Virus record (IMG/VR): IMGVR_UViG_2873412701_000001
Length of the DNA stretch: 64,000 bases
Direction: 5' to 3' (one strand)
Source: an uncultured virus (IMG/VR IMGVR_UViG_2873412701_000001)
Taxonomy: Duplodnaviria; Heunggongvirae; Uroviricota; Caudoviricetes
A program made the translations under genes and the position numbers. Position 1 is the stretch's first letter. Every line of letters starts with the position of its first letter. The notes under the pieces were generated by a model. The model was given only the letters and a program-made list of their open reading frames with translations. It was not told the DNA's origin and searched no databases. Shown in pieces: positions 28,927-38,057 of this stretch.

Positions 28927-29616
28927 ATGCGCGATCCAGATTCCCAACGACGGGAAGTGCAAGGCAGCTTCGAGGGCGGCGCCAAGAGCACGAGAGCCCG
29001 TGGGTATCGGAACCTCACCCAGCAGGCGCGGAGAGCGCACACCGCCGCAGGCCAGGCCGATCATGTACTACCCACGACTCCCGAGGCGTACCAGCAGGCG
29101 ATCGACGCCCAGATGTGCCCCGCATGCGGCGCGGGACCATGGAAGATGCTGGCTGGCCACATGTCCAAGACGCACGGAATTGGCCCCGCTGAGCTGCGGC
29201 GTCTGGCAGGCCTTCGCCCCAAGGACAGCGTCTGCGATGCCGACTACTCCTCTCGCCGCCGAGAGTTGATCACAGAGCGCATCGAAATCGAGCCGCTGCC
29301 TCGCCCGAAGCCCAGAGAAGGCATCGAGGCCGACCGTGCCGAAATGCAGCGGTTGTACGAGAAGGAAATGCTCAGCGTGCGGGCCATTGCCGCACGGTTC
29401 GGCTTGGAAAAGCGGCAGGTAGGCCGAATCTTGAGGAGACGCGGCGTAGCGATGCGGGATGGCTCTCGCTCCGGCGCAAAGCTGACCGAGGAACAGGTTC
29501 GGCAGATCCGGCAGAGCCCTGAGCAGACGACGCCCCGGCAACTCGCCGACGAGTACGGCGTAAGCCCCTCCCTCATTTCGATGATCAGGAACCGACGGGT
29601 CTGGAAGGAAATCTGA
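28927..29616 (+). CDS. Zinc finger plus tandem HTH protein
   Basis: CPACG...L..H...HGI; two HTH-like segments. Confidence 0.7.
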   Translation: MRDPDSQRREVQGSFEGGAKSTRARGYRNLTQQARRAHTAAGQADHVLPTTPEAYQQAIDAQMCPACGAGPWKMLAGHMSKTHGIGPAELRRLAGLRPKDSVCDADYSSRRRELITERIEIEPLPRPKPREGIEADRAEMQRLYEKEMLSVRAIAARFGLEKRQVGRILRRRGVAMRDGSRSGAKLTEEQVRQIRQSPEQTTPRQLADEYGVSPSLISMIRNRRVWKEI

Positions 29617-29685
29617 GCCGACCACCCCGCGTCTCGTGTCGGGCCTGCACCGGGCCCGACACCCCACCCCACCAAGGAGACACCC

Positions 29686-29931
29686 ATGACCGCCAAGCCC
29701 ACACCCGAGGAAGCCGAGACGCTCCTCGCCGCCCTCCAAGGCCAAGCACCCGCGATCGTCTGCTACAGCCGCTGCTGGCCCTGCCAGTTCGACCAGCACT
29801 ACGACCCGCCACAACCGCACCCGTGGGCCGACGACGAAGACCGCGCACACGCCACGGCAACCGGCCAGCCCGAACCCACGGGTAACTGCGCCTGCCGCTG
29901 CGCCAAGCCGGAAGCCGAGGCGCAGCGATGA
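29686..29931 (+). CDS. Small Cys-rich protein
   Basis: AAGGAG RBS. Confidence 0.65.
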   Translation: MTAKPTPEEAETLLAALQGQAPAIVCYSRCWPCQFDQHYDPPQPHPWADDEDRAHATATGQPEPTGNCACRCAKPEAEAQR

Positions 29932-30249
29932 CCACGGCCGCCGACGAAGCAGACCGAGCCGCTCGACGGCGCGCCGCCCTCCACCACGTCTCCGGCGTCA
30001 CCATCGACTGCTGCGAGCAAGGTGAGACCGACTGCCCGTGCGTGTGCCACGACCCCGAGGAGGCGCGGCGATGACCGCCACTCCGAAGCGCCGCCCGCCA
30101 GCCCGCGAACTCCTCACCGACACCGCGGCCCGCATCCTCGCCACCCGCTACCCCGGCCAAGTCCGCGCCGTCGTCATCGAACGCGCACTCCAGCGGATGG
30201 CCGCAGCAGACGCCCGCCGCCAACGAACAGCCGCACGCAGGAGCCGGAC

Positions 30250-30534
30250 ATGACCGACCGCCACACCGTCAACACGATCACCAGCGACGCACTCGACGCC
30301 CTGTACGAGCAGCTGGAAGCAGCCGAGGACACAGAGTCGCAACGGCAACTTCGCATCGCCGACGCAGCATTCGCATCCGCCACCGTCCGCGCCGCACAGC
30401 TCGGAGCACAGCTCGCCGAAGCCCGCCGCCTGCACGCCCAGACCTGCCCCCTCGCACAAGGCCAGCTCCGGCCGCCCGCGTTCACCTGCTCGATGTGCGA
30501 CGCCCTCACCGCACCCGCCCTGGAGACCCCGTGA
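30250..30534 (+). CDS. Hypothetical phage protein
   Basis: AGGAG RBS. Confidence 0.65.
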   Translation: MTDRHTVNTITSDALDALYEQLEAAEDTESQRQLRIADAAFASATVRAAQLGAQLAEARRLHAQTCPLAQGQLRPPAFTCSMCDALTAPALETP

Positions 30535-31028
30535 CCCCGCCCGACATCACCCACCGCTGGACGTGGACCGGCGACCGTACCCTCCCCGACTGGCTCGACC
30601 GCCGCCACCACTGGCACGCCGACCGGCCGATCATCCACACGTCGGACGGGCCCCGCACCCTCTACGACGGCTGGATCGTCATCGGCTGGTCGGACGGGGC
30701 GATCACCGTCGCATCCGCCACCGTCGCCGAACGCGTCTACGGGCCGGACGGGATCGCCGGCCGACTCGCCGCCGCAGAGAAAGCCCTCGCCCGCATCCAG
30801 GCGATCGCCGACGAGCACCCCGCCGGCATCGACACCGCCCTCATCCACGCCGCACTCGACGGACAGCCCGACCCGACAGCGACCCAAGCGACCGAAGCCA
30901 GCACATCCGCACGCCCCTGGTCCACGTGCACCGTCCCCGCCGACCACGGCCCCCATCCCTGGCACGACCCGCGGCCACTCCCGGACGGGCAGGACGCGCA
31001 CTGCCCCGGACGACCCACACCAGGCTGA
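30531..31028 (+). CDS. Hypothetical phage protein
   Basis: GTGA coupling. Confidence 0.6.
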   Translation: MTPPDITHRWTWTGDRTLPDWLDRRHHWHADRPIIHTSDGPRTLYDGWIVIGWSDGAITVASATVAERVYGPDGIAGRLAAAEKALARIQAIADEHPAGIDTALIHAALDGQPDPTATQATEASTSARPWSTCTVPADHGPHPWHDPRPLPDGQDAHCPGRPTPG

Positions 31029-31385
31029 CCGGCGTGGCATCCTGGCCCTGCGGTCTCCCTGTCCCACCCCGTGACGGGAGACCGCACCGTCTGCCGGGAT
31101 CAGGTCGGGACCAGGTGACTGGACCCTCCCGCGAACATGCATCTCCGCAGGTCAGCCAGGTTACCGGAGCCGGTAACCTGGAGACCGCAGAGGCCAGCCG
31201 CGCGGGCAGTGGCCCCCGGAGACACGCAGTGCCCCGTTCACCCCGAGCGGGGCACTCGCCGTTGTCAGACACCCGCCGTACCCTGGCGAGGCCGCCCGCC
31301 GTTCATGCTGCTGCACGCCGGGAGGCCTGCCTCGTCCCGGGGCATACGACAGCCCCGCCTCAGACCGAGGCGGGGCTTCGTCGTA
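31029..31385. ncRNA. Candidate structured RNA or ssDNA element
   Basis: Non-coding gap with an enclosing stem, three internal hairpins and a terminator-like hairpin. Confidence 0.4.
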
Positions 31386-31390
31386 CGCGG

Positions 31391-31771
31391 CTACGGCCGC
31401 CACTCCTCGCGGTAGCCGGGCCGGTCCGCGTACGGCAAGGCGAGGAGCGGAAGTACCCACTCGGTGCCACCCGTGTCGCCGTGCTCGCGCAGCCACGCGT
31501 ACCGATCCACGATCCGCCTCTTGGCGTCGATTTCCCGCAGCACCCGAGCCGGATCCCACACCGCGATGTGGTGCGCGACCACCTCCGCGAGAGGCATCTC
31601 CAAGCCGTCCGCTACCTTCGCGACCTCAGCCTCGCGCCCACCGCCCCCGCTTCCGGCCATGACCCACGGGCCCGGATCGGACCACTCGTGCCCGAGGTCT
31701 ACGGGGATGGCGCGCGTCTTCCGTTCGTCCTCGTCGAGACAGGCTGTCAGCCACTGCACAAGATCAACCAT
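31391..31771 (-). CDS. DUF6221-like protein
   Basis: L..WL...LDEDE...HIA..DPARVLREIDAKRRI...LALPYADRPGYREEWRP. Confidence 0.8.
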   Translation of the reverse strand: MVDLVQWLTACLDEDERKTRAIPVDLGHEWSDPGPWVMAGSGGGGREAEVAKVADGLEMPLAEVVAHHIAVWDPARVLREIDAKRRIVDRYAWLREHGDTGGTEWVLPLLALPYADRPGYREEWRP

Positions 31772-32048
31772 CGGACGGCTCCGACTCGTCGGCGTTGGCG
31801 GCAGCCCACGCAGCGTTCTTCCATTCCGGGTCGTCGCTGGGCGGTTCGAGGAGCCCGCCGGCGACCGCCGCCCGCACCCACTCCCGCGCCTCCGAGATCA
31901 GCGCCTCCGGGTTGTCCTTGCCGAGCCACAGCCACTCCTCACGGGTGCCGCCCGTCCGCAACCGCCACGCCACCTCGGCGAGATGCCGGATGCGGGGATC
32001 GGTTGCGTAGTGCACGTTCAGCGCGGGCCTGGCGTCGATACGTGCCAC
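31764..32048 (-). CDS. Hypothetical protein
   Basis: Coupled operon on the minus strand. Confidence 0.65.
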   Translation of the reverse strand: MARIDARPALNVHYATDPRIRHLAEVAWRLRTGGTREEWLWLGKDNPEALISEAREWVRAAVAGGLLEPPSDDPEWKNAAWAAANADESEPSDG

Positions 32049-32049
32049 C

Positions 32050-32604
32050 TCAGGCCCCTTCCGTCTCCGTCGCGTTCAGCAGCTCCGCGAGATCCGGATT
32101 GTCCTCCACCAGCTTCGCGGCGACCGCGTCCCCGGACGACTGCTCCAGCCGCCACAGGAAGTCACGGAGCTCGGCCGCCCGGTAGGCGGCGAGCATCTTC
32201 ACCGCCTCATCCCACGGCACGCACCGCTTCTCGGCCGTCGCGTTGTACGGCGGGTCGTTCAGGTCGGACAGGATCGCAATACGCGGATCAACGGTGTGGC
32301 TCACTGGTTCTCCCTGCTTGGGCCTGGGGCTGCGCTTCTTCGTGTCCGGACCGCGCCCCCGCCGCTTTCCGAGCCGCTCCCGCATGTACTCGGCGAGCAC
32401 GTCATACGGCAGCGTCCGCGTCTTCCCGACCACCCGGTAGTCGCCGGGGCCGATGGGCCAACCGGACTTCGGGTCGCGCGCGAGTCTGCGTAGCCCTTCG
32501 GCGGTCATGTTCGGAGCGATGCGGTCCTCGACGAGCCGTTCGGCAGCCTCGGTGAAGGACAGCATCGTGGGCTGCTCCTCTCCCTGTGGCGTGTCTTCGG
32601 GCAT
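32050..32604 (-). CDS. Putative DNA-binding regulator divergent from the transfer operon
   Basis: MLSFTEAA..L.....MT.EGLRRLAR (Xis/MerR-like HTH); GGAGG RBS. Confidence 0.65.
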   Translation of the reverse strand: MPEDTPQGEEQPTMLSFTEAAERLVEDRIAPNMTAEGLRRLARDPKSGWPIGPGDYRVVGKTRTLPYDVLAEYMRERLGKRRGRGPDTKKRSPRPKQGEPVSHTVDPRIAILSDLNDPPYNATAEKRCVPWDEAVKMLAAYRAAELRDFLWRLEQSSGDAVAAKLVEDNPDLAELLNATETEGA

Positions 32605-32619
32605 GGCTCATCCTCCCAG

Positions 32620-32644
32620 CTTTATTGCGTTGAACGCAACAAAG
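32620..32644. promoter_or_regulatory. Palindromic operator TTGCGTT-G-AACGCAA
   Basis: AT-rich palindrome in the divergent promoter region; a 12-bp hairpin follows at 32674-32705. Confidence 0.7.
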
Positions 32645-32735
32645 AGCTACGGTCGTACAGCACCAATAAGTCGGCCCGGCAGGAAATCTCACCTTCCTGC
32701 CGGGCTAGCCACTACTGATCTCACCAGGAGTGACC

Positions 32736-32891
32736 ATGGCCGATCGTAGCGATCCGCAACCCCCGAAGCACGACCCGCGCACCTGCCAGCCCTGCGGCAT
32801 CTACCGCCACCCCGCCCAAGCGAAGCAGGGCCGCGCCCTCCAAGCGCACCTCGCGGCCAACCCCTTCCCCCGGCAGGCGGCCACCCAGTGA
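32736..32891 (+). CDS. 51-aa microprotein (CxxC..H)
   Basis: AGGAG RBS; translated by hand, below the ORF-track cutoff. Confidence 0.65.
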   Translation: MADRSDPQPPKHDPRTCQPCGIYRHPAQAKQGRALQAHLAANPFPRQAATQ

Positions 32892-33022
32892 GCTACCAGG
32901 GCCCCACCTGCACCGGCTGCGGCGGCCAAGGCGGCTACCCCGACACCACCCCCACCCCCGAAGGCGGCCACACCACCGTCTTCCGCCCCTGCACCACCTG
33001 CGGCGGAAGGGGCCACCAGTGA
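32888..33022 (+). CDS. 44-aa DnaJ-type zinc-finger microprotein
   Basis: CTGCGGQG...CTTCGGRG; GTGA overlaps. Confidence 0.7.
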   Translation: MSYQGPTCTGCGGQGGYPDTTPTPEGGHTTVFRPCTTCGGRGHQ

Positions 33023-33108
33023 CCTGCTGCGGCAAGCCCATGCAACAACAAGGCCAACAACTCGTCTGCGGCAAATGCGGCGGATGGATCGACCCCGACA
33101 CCAGCTGA
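33019..33108 (+). CDS. 29-aa zinc-ribbon microprotein
   Basis: CCGKPM...CGKCG; GTGA overlap. Confidence 0.6.
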   Translation: MTCCGKPMQQQGQQLVCGKCGGWIDPDTS

Positions 33109-33176
33109 CCTCCCCAAGCCGCCGCGCCCCGGTACCACCCCCGGCCGGGGCGCGGCACCCCTACGGAAGGAACCCC

Positions 33177-33368
33177 ATGCGCTCCTGGAAGACCCTCGTC
33201 GAAGTCACCGACCCGAACGGCCGCGCCGGCACCGTCGAAACCCCCGTCTGCGCCCTCACCGAAAACGCCGCCGCCACCGGAATCATCGGCGAACTCAAAG
33301 CCGACGGCTACACCCCCACCGACGGCCGCGTGATCGTCGAACCCACCGGCACCTGCACCCACCAGTAA
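33177..33368 (+). CDS. Small hypothetical protein
   Basis: AAGGA RBS. Confidence 0.65.
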   Translation: MRSWKTLVEVTDPNGRAGTVETPVCALTENAAATGIIGELKADGYTPTDGRVIVEPTGTCTHQ

Positions 33369-33391
33369 CCCCTCACCCGAAGGACCCCCCC

Positions 33392-33691
33392 ATGGGCCTG
33401 TTCAGCCGTAAACCGCACGTCAACAGCAACGGCATGACCGACGCCGAACTCCACGCCTCACTCCGCAACACCCTGGAACAGCGCGAACGCCAAGCCGAAG
33501 CCGACGCCGCCGAAGCACGCCAGCGCGCACAGAAGTGGGACCGCACCGTCCGCAACATGACCAGCCGCGGCGAAGACCACGAAGGCCGCGACTACGCCAT
33601 CCGAGCCCGCACCCGCGCCCAAGGCGACCTCGCCGCCGCAGAGATCGACCAACTGACCGCGAAGAACGAACGCTCCAACTACCGCCGCTAA
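33392..33691 (+). CDS. Small coiled-coil protein (MGLF N-terminus)
   Basis: AAGGA RBS. Confidence 0.7.
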   Translation: MGLFSRKPHVNSNGMTDAELHASLRNTLEQRERQAEADAAEARQRAQKWDRTVRNMTSRGEDHEGRDYAIRARTRAQGDLAAAEIDQLTAKNERSNYRR

Positions 33692-33707
33692 CCGAAAGGA
33701 ACCCGAC

Positions 33708-33911
33708 ATGGGCCTGTTCAAGAAGACCGACGAGGAGAAGGCCGCGATCGCCGACATGAAGGCGGCCGACCGCGCACTGAACGCCAACTCCGCCCGGGAG
33801 TTCAAGGCCGGCATCCGGGACGAGACGCCCGAGTACCAGCGGCTGAACACCGCCGCGAACGAGGCCGCCGCCAAGGTGTCGTTCTGGAGCGGCGGCACCA
33901 AGCGGAAGTGA
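33708..33911 (+). CDS. Small protein (MGLF N-terminus)
   Basis: AAAGGA RBS. Confidence 0.7.
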   Translation: MGLFKKTDEEKAAIADMKAADRALNANSAREFKAGIRDETPEYQRLNTAANEAAAKVSFWSGGTKRK

Positions 33912-34000
33912 CTGGCCGGTAGCCCACGGCCCACGTCCCCTCACCGGTACGCGGGCCCTGGAAATCCGACCAGCCCACACCACCCCGAACGGAGACCCCG

Positions 34001-34204
34001 ATGCCCCGCTGCGCCTGGCTCTTGATCGGAGCCCTCACCCTCCTCCTCCACCAGACGATCGGCATCCCCGCCGTCCTCGAAGCCGCCGTCGCGGTCACCG
34101 CCTGGGCCATGACCACGCCGGCCGTCCTCGTCGCCATCGCCGCACTCGCCGCCTGGCACCTCACGAACGAGCACCCGCCCCGCACCGCCCGAGCCCGGAC
34201 CTAA
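34001..34204 (+). CDS. Small Spd-like membrane protein
   Basis: Two hydrophobic helices, basic tail; GGAG RBS. Confidence 0.6.
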   Translation: MPRCAWLLIGALTLLLHQTIGIPAVLEAAVAVTAWAMTTPAVLVAIAALAAWHLTNEHPPRTARART

Positions 34205-34216
34205 CGGAGGAACCCC

Positions 34217-35107
34217 GTGAACACCCCGATCGTCCGCGCCGTCACCCGCAACGGCCGCACCCACCACGTCGAAGAGCCGGCACAGCTCCCGCCGCTCACC
34301 CCCGACGAGATCATCATGCGGGCCGTCGGGGTAGCCACCGCGATCGTCGTTACCGGCGCGCTCGTCTGGTCCACCGTCAGCGTCGGCGCGATGCTCGGCA
34401 AGGTCGCGCCCGAGTGGGCCGCCTACATGATCGCCGGGGTGTTCGACCTGACGTGGATCGTCGCGATGGCCATCGAGTACGTCCTCCGCTTCGAACCCGC
34501 CCGGCAGAAGATCCCCAAGCGGATCGGCTGGCTCTCCCTCTTCATCTCCATGGCCGCGATCTTCACCCACGGGGCGCTCCTCGAAGCCAAGTGGATCGGC
34601 CTGTTCGGCGCCCTCGTCTCCGCCCTCGCCAAGGGTCTGTGGTGGCTGACGATGTACGTCACCAGCCGCCAGCTCGACAAGGACACCCAGGCCTGGCTCA
34701 ACGCCGAACTCGGCGAGGTCCACGCCCGGCGGGCCGAGCAGATGGCCGTGGCGAAGGTGGAGCGGGAGCGGGAGCGGTACGCCCTGAACCAGCCGCCCGA
34801 ACCACCGCAGCTCACAGTGAGCCGGACCGTGAACCCGCCGCAGTCCACGCCGGTTCAGGCCGCGGTTCAGGCCCCCGACCAGCTCGCGAACCAGATCGAG
34901 GCCACCCCCGAACCGGCCCCGGTTCAGACGGCTCAGGCCGCGGTCCGCCCGGTCGAGACCAAGGACCAGGTCGCTGAACTCCACCAGCGCCTCAAGGTCG
35001 GCGAGCACATCACCAAGGCCCGCGCCGCGGAGATCCTCGGCATCCCCGAGTCCACCGCCTACCGCCGTCTCACCGCCGCCCAGGCCCTCCTCAACACGTA
35101 CCGCTGA
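34217..35107 (+). CDS. SpdB/DUF2637-like spread protein (4 TM, coiled coil, HTH)
   Basis: WST.S.G..L...AY..AGVFDL.WI; C-terminal AAEILGIPESTAYRRL. Confidence 0.75.
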   Translation: MNTPIVRAVTRNGRTHHVEEPAQLPPLTPDEIIMRAVGVATAIVVTGALVWSTVSVGAMLGKVAPEWAAYMIAGVFDLTWIVAMAIEYVLRFEPARQKIPKRIGWLSLFISMAAIFTHGALLEAKWIGLFGALVSALAKGLWWLTMYVTSRQLDKDTQAWLNAELGEVHARRAEQMAVAKVERERERYALNQPPEPPQLTVSRTVNPPQSTPVQAAVQAPDQLANQIEATPEPAPVQTAQAAVRPVETKDQVAELHQRLKVGEHITKARAAEILGIPESTAYRRLTAAQALLNTYR

Positions 35108-35166
35108 CCGCCCGCCCGGCCCCCGCCACCGTGCGGGGGCCCGCCTGTCTCTGCGGAGCCCACACC

Positions 35167-36924
35167 GTGAAGATCGACCGCACCGACATCGTCACCGCCA
35201 TCACCGTCCCCGGCCTCGTTTCCGCCGCCGCGCTCACCGCAGACGGCATCTACGGCACCACCGCCGCCGCCATCGAGTTCGGCACGGCCATCGCCGCAGG
35301 CTCCCTGTCGTGGACGTCGTTCTCGAAGAAGTGGCCGCCCTCCCTCGCCTGGGGCAGCCTCGCCCTCGCCGGCGTCTCCGGACAGGCGTGGCTCACCGGC
35401 ACGGTCGGAGGGTTCGCCGCCTGGTACGGGTACGCCATCAGCGCGGCCGCCGTGTTCGCGGCGATGGTCAAGCACCGGCACGACACCCGCCACGACCAGA
35501 TCAAGTTGGACCACGAGACCGCCCGCCTGGAGACCACGCTGATCCGGCAGCAGATGGCCCAGCATGCCCTGGTCCAGAAGACCACCCCGGAACCGGTCCA
35601 GTCCGGACCGGACCTGACCGGGCGGACCGTGGAAGAGACCAGGCTGCGGACCGTGGTCCACGAACTGTTCGCCGCCGAACTGCCGGGCTGCACCGTGGAA
35701 CGCACGCGGACCGGGTGGACTGCGGTCCTGGACCTGCCCGTGAGCCTGGACCGGGACAAGCTCCGGTCCGGCTGGCCCAAGGTGGCGTCCGGGATGGGCG
35801 TGGCCGGGGAGTTCATGCTGGAGGACGGGGCGCTCACGAACCAGCTCGTCGCCAAGTTCATCGACGGCGACCCCCTCGCCGACGTGGTCCCCTACGTCCG
35901 GTCCACCGCAGCCCGGTTCACCGAACCGGTCCTCCTCGGCGTGGACCGGTTCCTGAACTCGGTCTGGCTCGACCTGGCCTACAACCACACCCTGATCGCC
36001 GGTTCATCCAAGTTCGGAAAGTCCACGCTGGTCCGGTCCATCGCGGTCCAGCTCGCGGACCGGCCCGACGTCGTCCTGTACGGCATCGACATGAAGCCCG
36101 GCGCCCCCGAACTCACCCCCATGCTGCCGATCCTGCAAGACCTCGCCACGACCGCCGAGCAGGCCCACGCCCTCCTCGACTGGCTGAAGGCAGAACTCGC
36201 CGAGCGCGGAGAGATTCTCGCCAAGGCCGGCGACCAGGAATGGGACCCGGCCAAGCACGGCCGCCCGGCGATCTGGGTCATCGAGGACGAACTCGCCGAG
36301 CTGGTCCGGCAGGGCGACGACGGGCCGTGGAAGAAGAACCCGGCGTCGAAGAAGAACCAGTCACTGCTGGCGCTCCTGCGGTTCGCCGGCATTCACAAGC
36401 TGTCGGCCACACAGCAGCCGTCCAGGCAGGTTTTCGGAGGGACGACGGACGCCCGCGGGAACTACACGAACCGACTGTCCACGCGCATGAACGATGCGGA
36501 CCACCGCCGGTTCATTTTCGGCAACACCCCTGGTTGGGAGCCTGGGAAGCTGGACCAGCCGGGGAAGTTCCTCCTCCAGTCGCCGGTCCATCAGGTCGCG
36601 GCGCCGTACAAGGGGATGTGGCTGACGGGGGAGGAGTTCAAGGCGGAGGTCGCCCGGATCGGCGCGACGACGGTGCGGGCGCCGGTCGGCAAGCGTCTGA
36701 TCCTCCCGGTGTCCGGCGCGACGAATCAGGAGAAGGTACGGGCCGCGCTCACGAAGTACGGGAACGCCACCCGCCGGGAGCTGGAGATAGCGGCCGGCCT
36801 GGACGAGCGGCAGGTGCTGAAGGCGATCGAGGGCCTGAAGCCGGACGTGGAACGGACGGACGCGGGGACGTGGCGGATGGTGCCCGCAGGGGCGTGGGAA
36901 GCGCAGGCGGTCTCCGTGCCCTGA
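35167..36924 (+). CDS. TraB-like FtsK/SpoIIIE DNA translocase
   Basis: N-terminal TM helices, Walker A GSSKFGKS, IDMK, Walker B WVIEDE, ATQQP, C-terminal winged HTH. Confidence 0.88.
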   Translation: MKIDRTDIVTAITVPGLVSAAALTADGIYGTTAAAIEFGTAIAAGSLSWTSFSKKWPPSLAWGSLALAGVSGQAWLTGTVGGFAAWYGYAISAAAVFAAMVKHRHDTRHDQIKLDHETARLETTLIRQQMAQHALVQKTTPEPVQSGPDLTGRTVEETRLRTVVHELFAAELPGCTVERTRTGWTAVLDLPVSLDRDKLRSGWPKVASGMGVAGEFMLEDGALTNQLVAKFIDGDPLADVVPYVRSTAARFTEPVLLGVDRFLNSVWLDLAYNHTLIAGSSKFGKSTLVRSIAVQLADRPDVVLYGIDMKPGAPELTPMLPILQDLATTAEQAHALLDWLKAELAERGEILAKAGDQEWDPAKHGRPAIWVIEDELAELVRQGDDGPWKKNPASKKNQSLLALLRFAGIHKLSATQQPSRQVFGGTTDARGNYTNRLSTRMNDADHRRFIFGNTPGWEPGKLDQPGKFLLQSPVHQVAAPYKGMWLTGEEFKAEVARIGATTVRAPVGKRLILPVSGATNQEKVRAALTKYGNATRRELEIAAGLDERQVLKAIEGLKPDVERTDAGTWRMVPAGAWEAQAVSVP

Positions 36925-37188
36925 GCGGGTGAAACCGCAGGCCGGAAGGCGTGCAGCGGGGTCCCTTACCCCCTCCCTTGAGAGCCCTCTACGGGTTCCC
37001 TGCGGGAGGGGGTTTCCGTGTCTGGGGGACCGGGTGGGGGACTGGCCTGCCACACTGGCATCACCCCCGTGGCCCTGCCCCCGGTCCGTCCCCCCGGCCG
37101 GCGGGCAGGGCCTCTTTCGTGCGGTTGGGTGCCGTACGCCCGGCGTGTGCCGCTACGATCCGGTCCTCCGTACGTCCTTGGGGGGACC

Positions 37189-37533
37189 ATGCGCCACACT
37201 GCTGCTGCCCTGCTCGCCGTCGTCTGTTTCGCGCTCGCCGGATGCTCGTCGTCGGGGGAGGACGAGCCCGCGAAGACCGTGACCGTCACCGCGAGCCCGT
37301 CCCTGTCGGATGCGGAGGCGCGGCAGGCGTGCGTGGACGGGTGGCTGAAGGTGATGACGGCCGACGGCTACGACCCTGACCGCGGGCTGGACGCGCGGCC
37401 GGGAGTGTGTGAGGGGCTGCCGGGTCAGGCGACGATGTACGCGGAAGCATTGCAGGCCCGGAACCAGGCCAACCGGGACGAGCTGGACGCGTGCACGGAA
37501 GACCCAGCGTGCACGGTGTGGCCGATGCCGTAG
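37189..37533 (+). CDS. Lipoprotein (possible superinfection exclusion)
   Basis: Signal peptide with LAGC lipobox; function is inference. Confidence 0.75.
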   Translation: MRHTAAALLAVVCFALAGCSSSGEDEPAKTVTVTASPSLSDAEARQACVDGWLKVMTADGYDPDRGLDARPGVCEGLPGQATMYAEALQARNQANRDELDACTEDPACTVWPMP

Positions 37534-37586
37534 CCGCACGCGAAGAGGCCCCGCCGGGTTGGGCGGGGCCTTCGTCATGCGGTGGG

Positions 37587-38057
37587 CTATGTCGGGACCG
37601 CGATGAACTCGCAGTTCGTCCACCGGCACACGTCCTCGGCGGCAGGCCCGTACTGGACGTACCAGGCGTGATCGTGGAACCGCTCGTCGTCGCGGATCAG
37701 GTCGGGTTCCTCCGCGAGCGTGGCCGCCCACTCCTCATCGGTGGACGCCCATTCCTCGCGGTGGGCGATCAGGATGCCGAAGCCTTTGATCTTCGCGTCC
37801 GTGTCGCGCCGGTAGAACCCGGTCACTTCCATGACGAGGTCGCCAGGCTGCGGGTCGCGCATGCGGGCGTACATGTCGGCGACTACGGGTGCGGGGTTGC
37901 CGACGAGTGTGGCGGTGTGGAGAGCCTTCACGGTGCCGATCATGAGGAGTCGGCGGGCGATGGCCTTGTCGGCGAGGGCGAGGAGGTCGTCCTCGGTGCG
38001 CTCGGTGCCGGTGATGCCTTCGCGGGGCTGCGGGTAGAGGGTGGCCGTGTCGCTCAT
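37587..38057 (-). CDS. Hypothetical protein
   Basis: AGGAG RBS, coupled operon. Confidence 0.7.
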   Translation of the reverse strand: MSDTATLYPQPREGITGTERTEDDLLALADKAIARRLLMIGTVKALHTATLVGNPAPVVADMYARMRDPQPGDLVMEVTGFYRRDTDAKIKGFGILIAHREEWASTDEEWAATLAEEPDLIRDDERFHDHAWYVQYGPAAEDVCRWTNCEFIAVPT

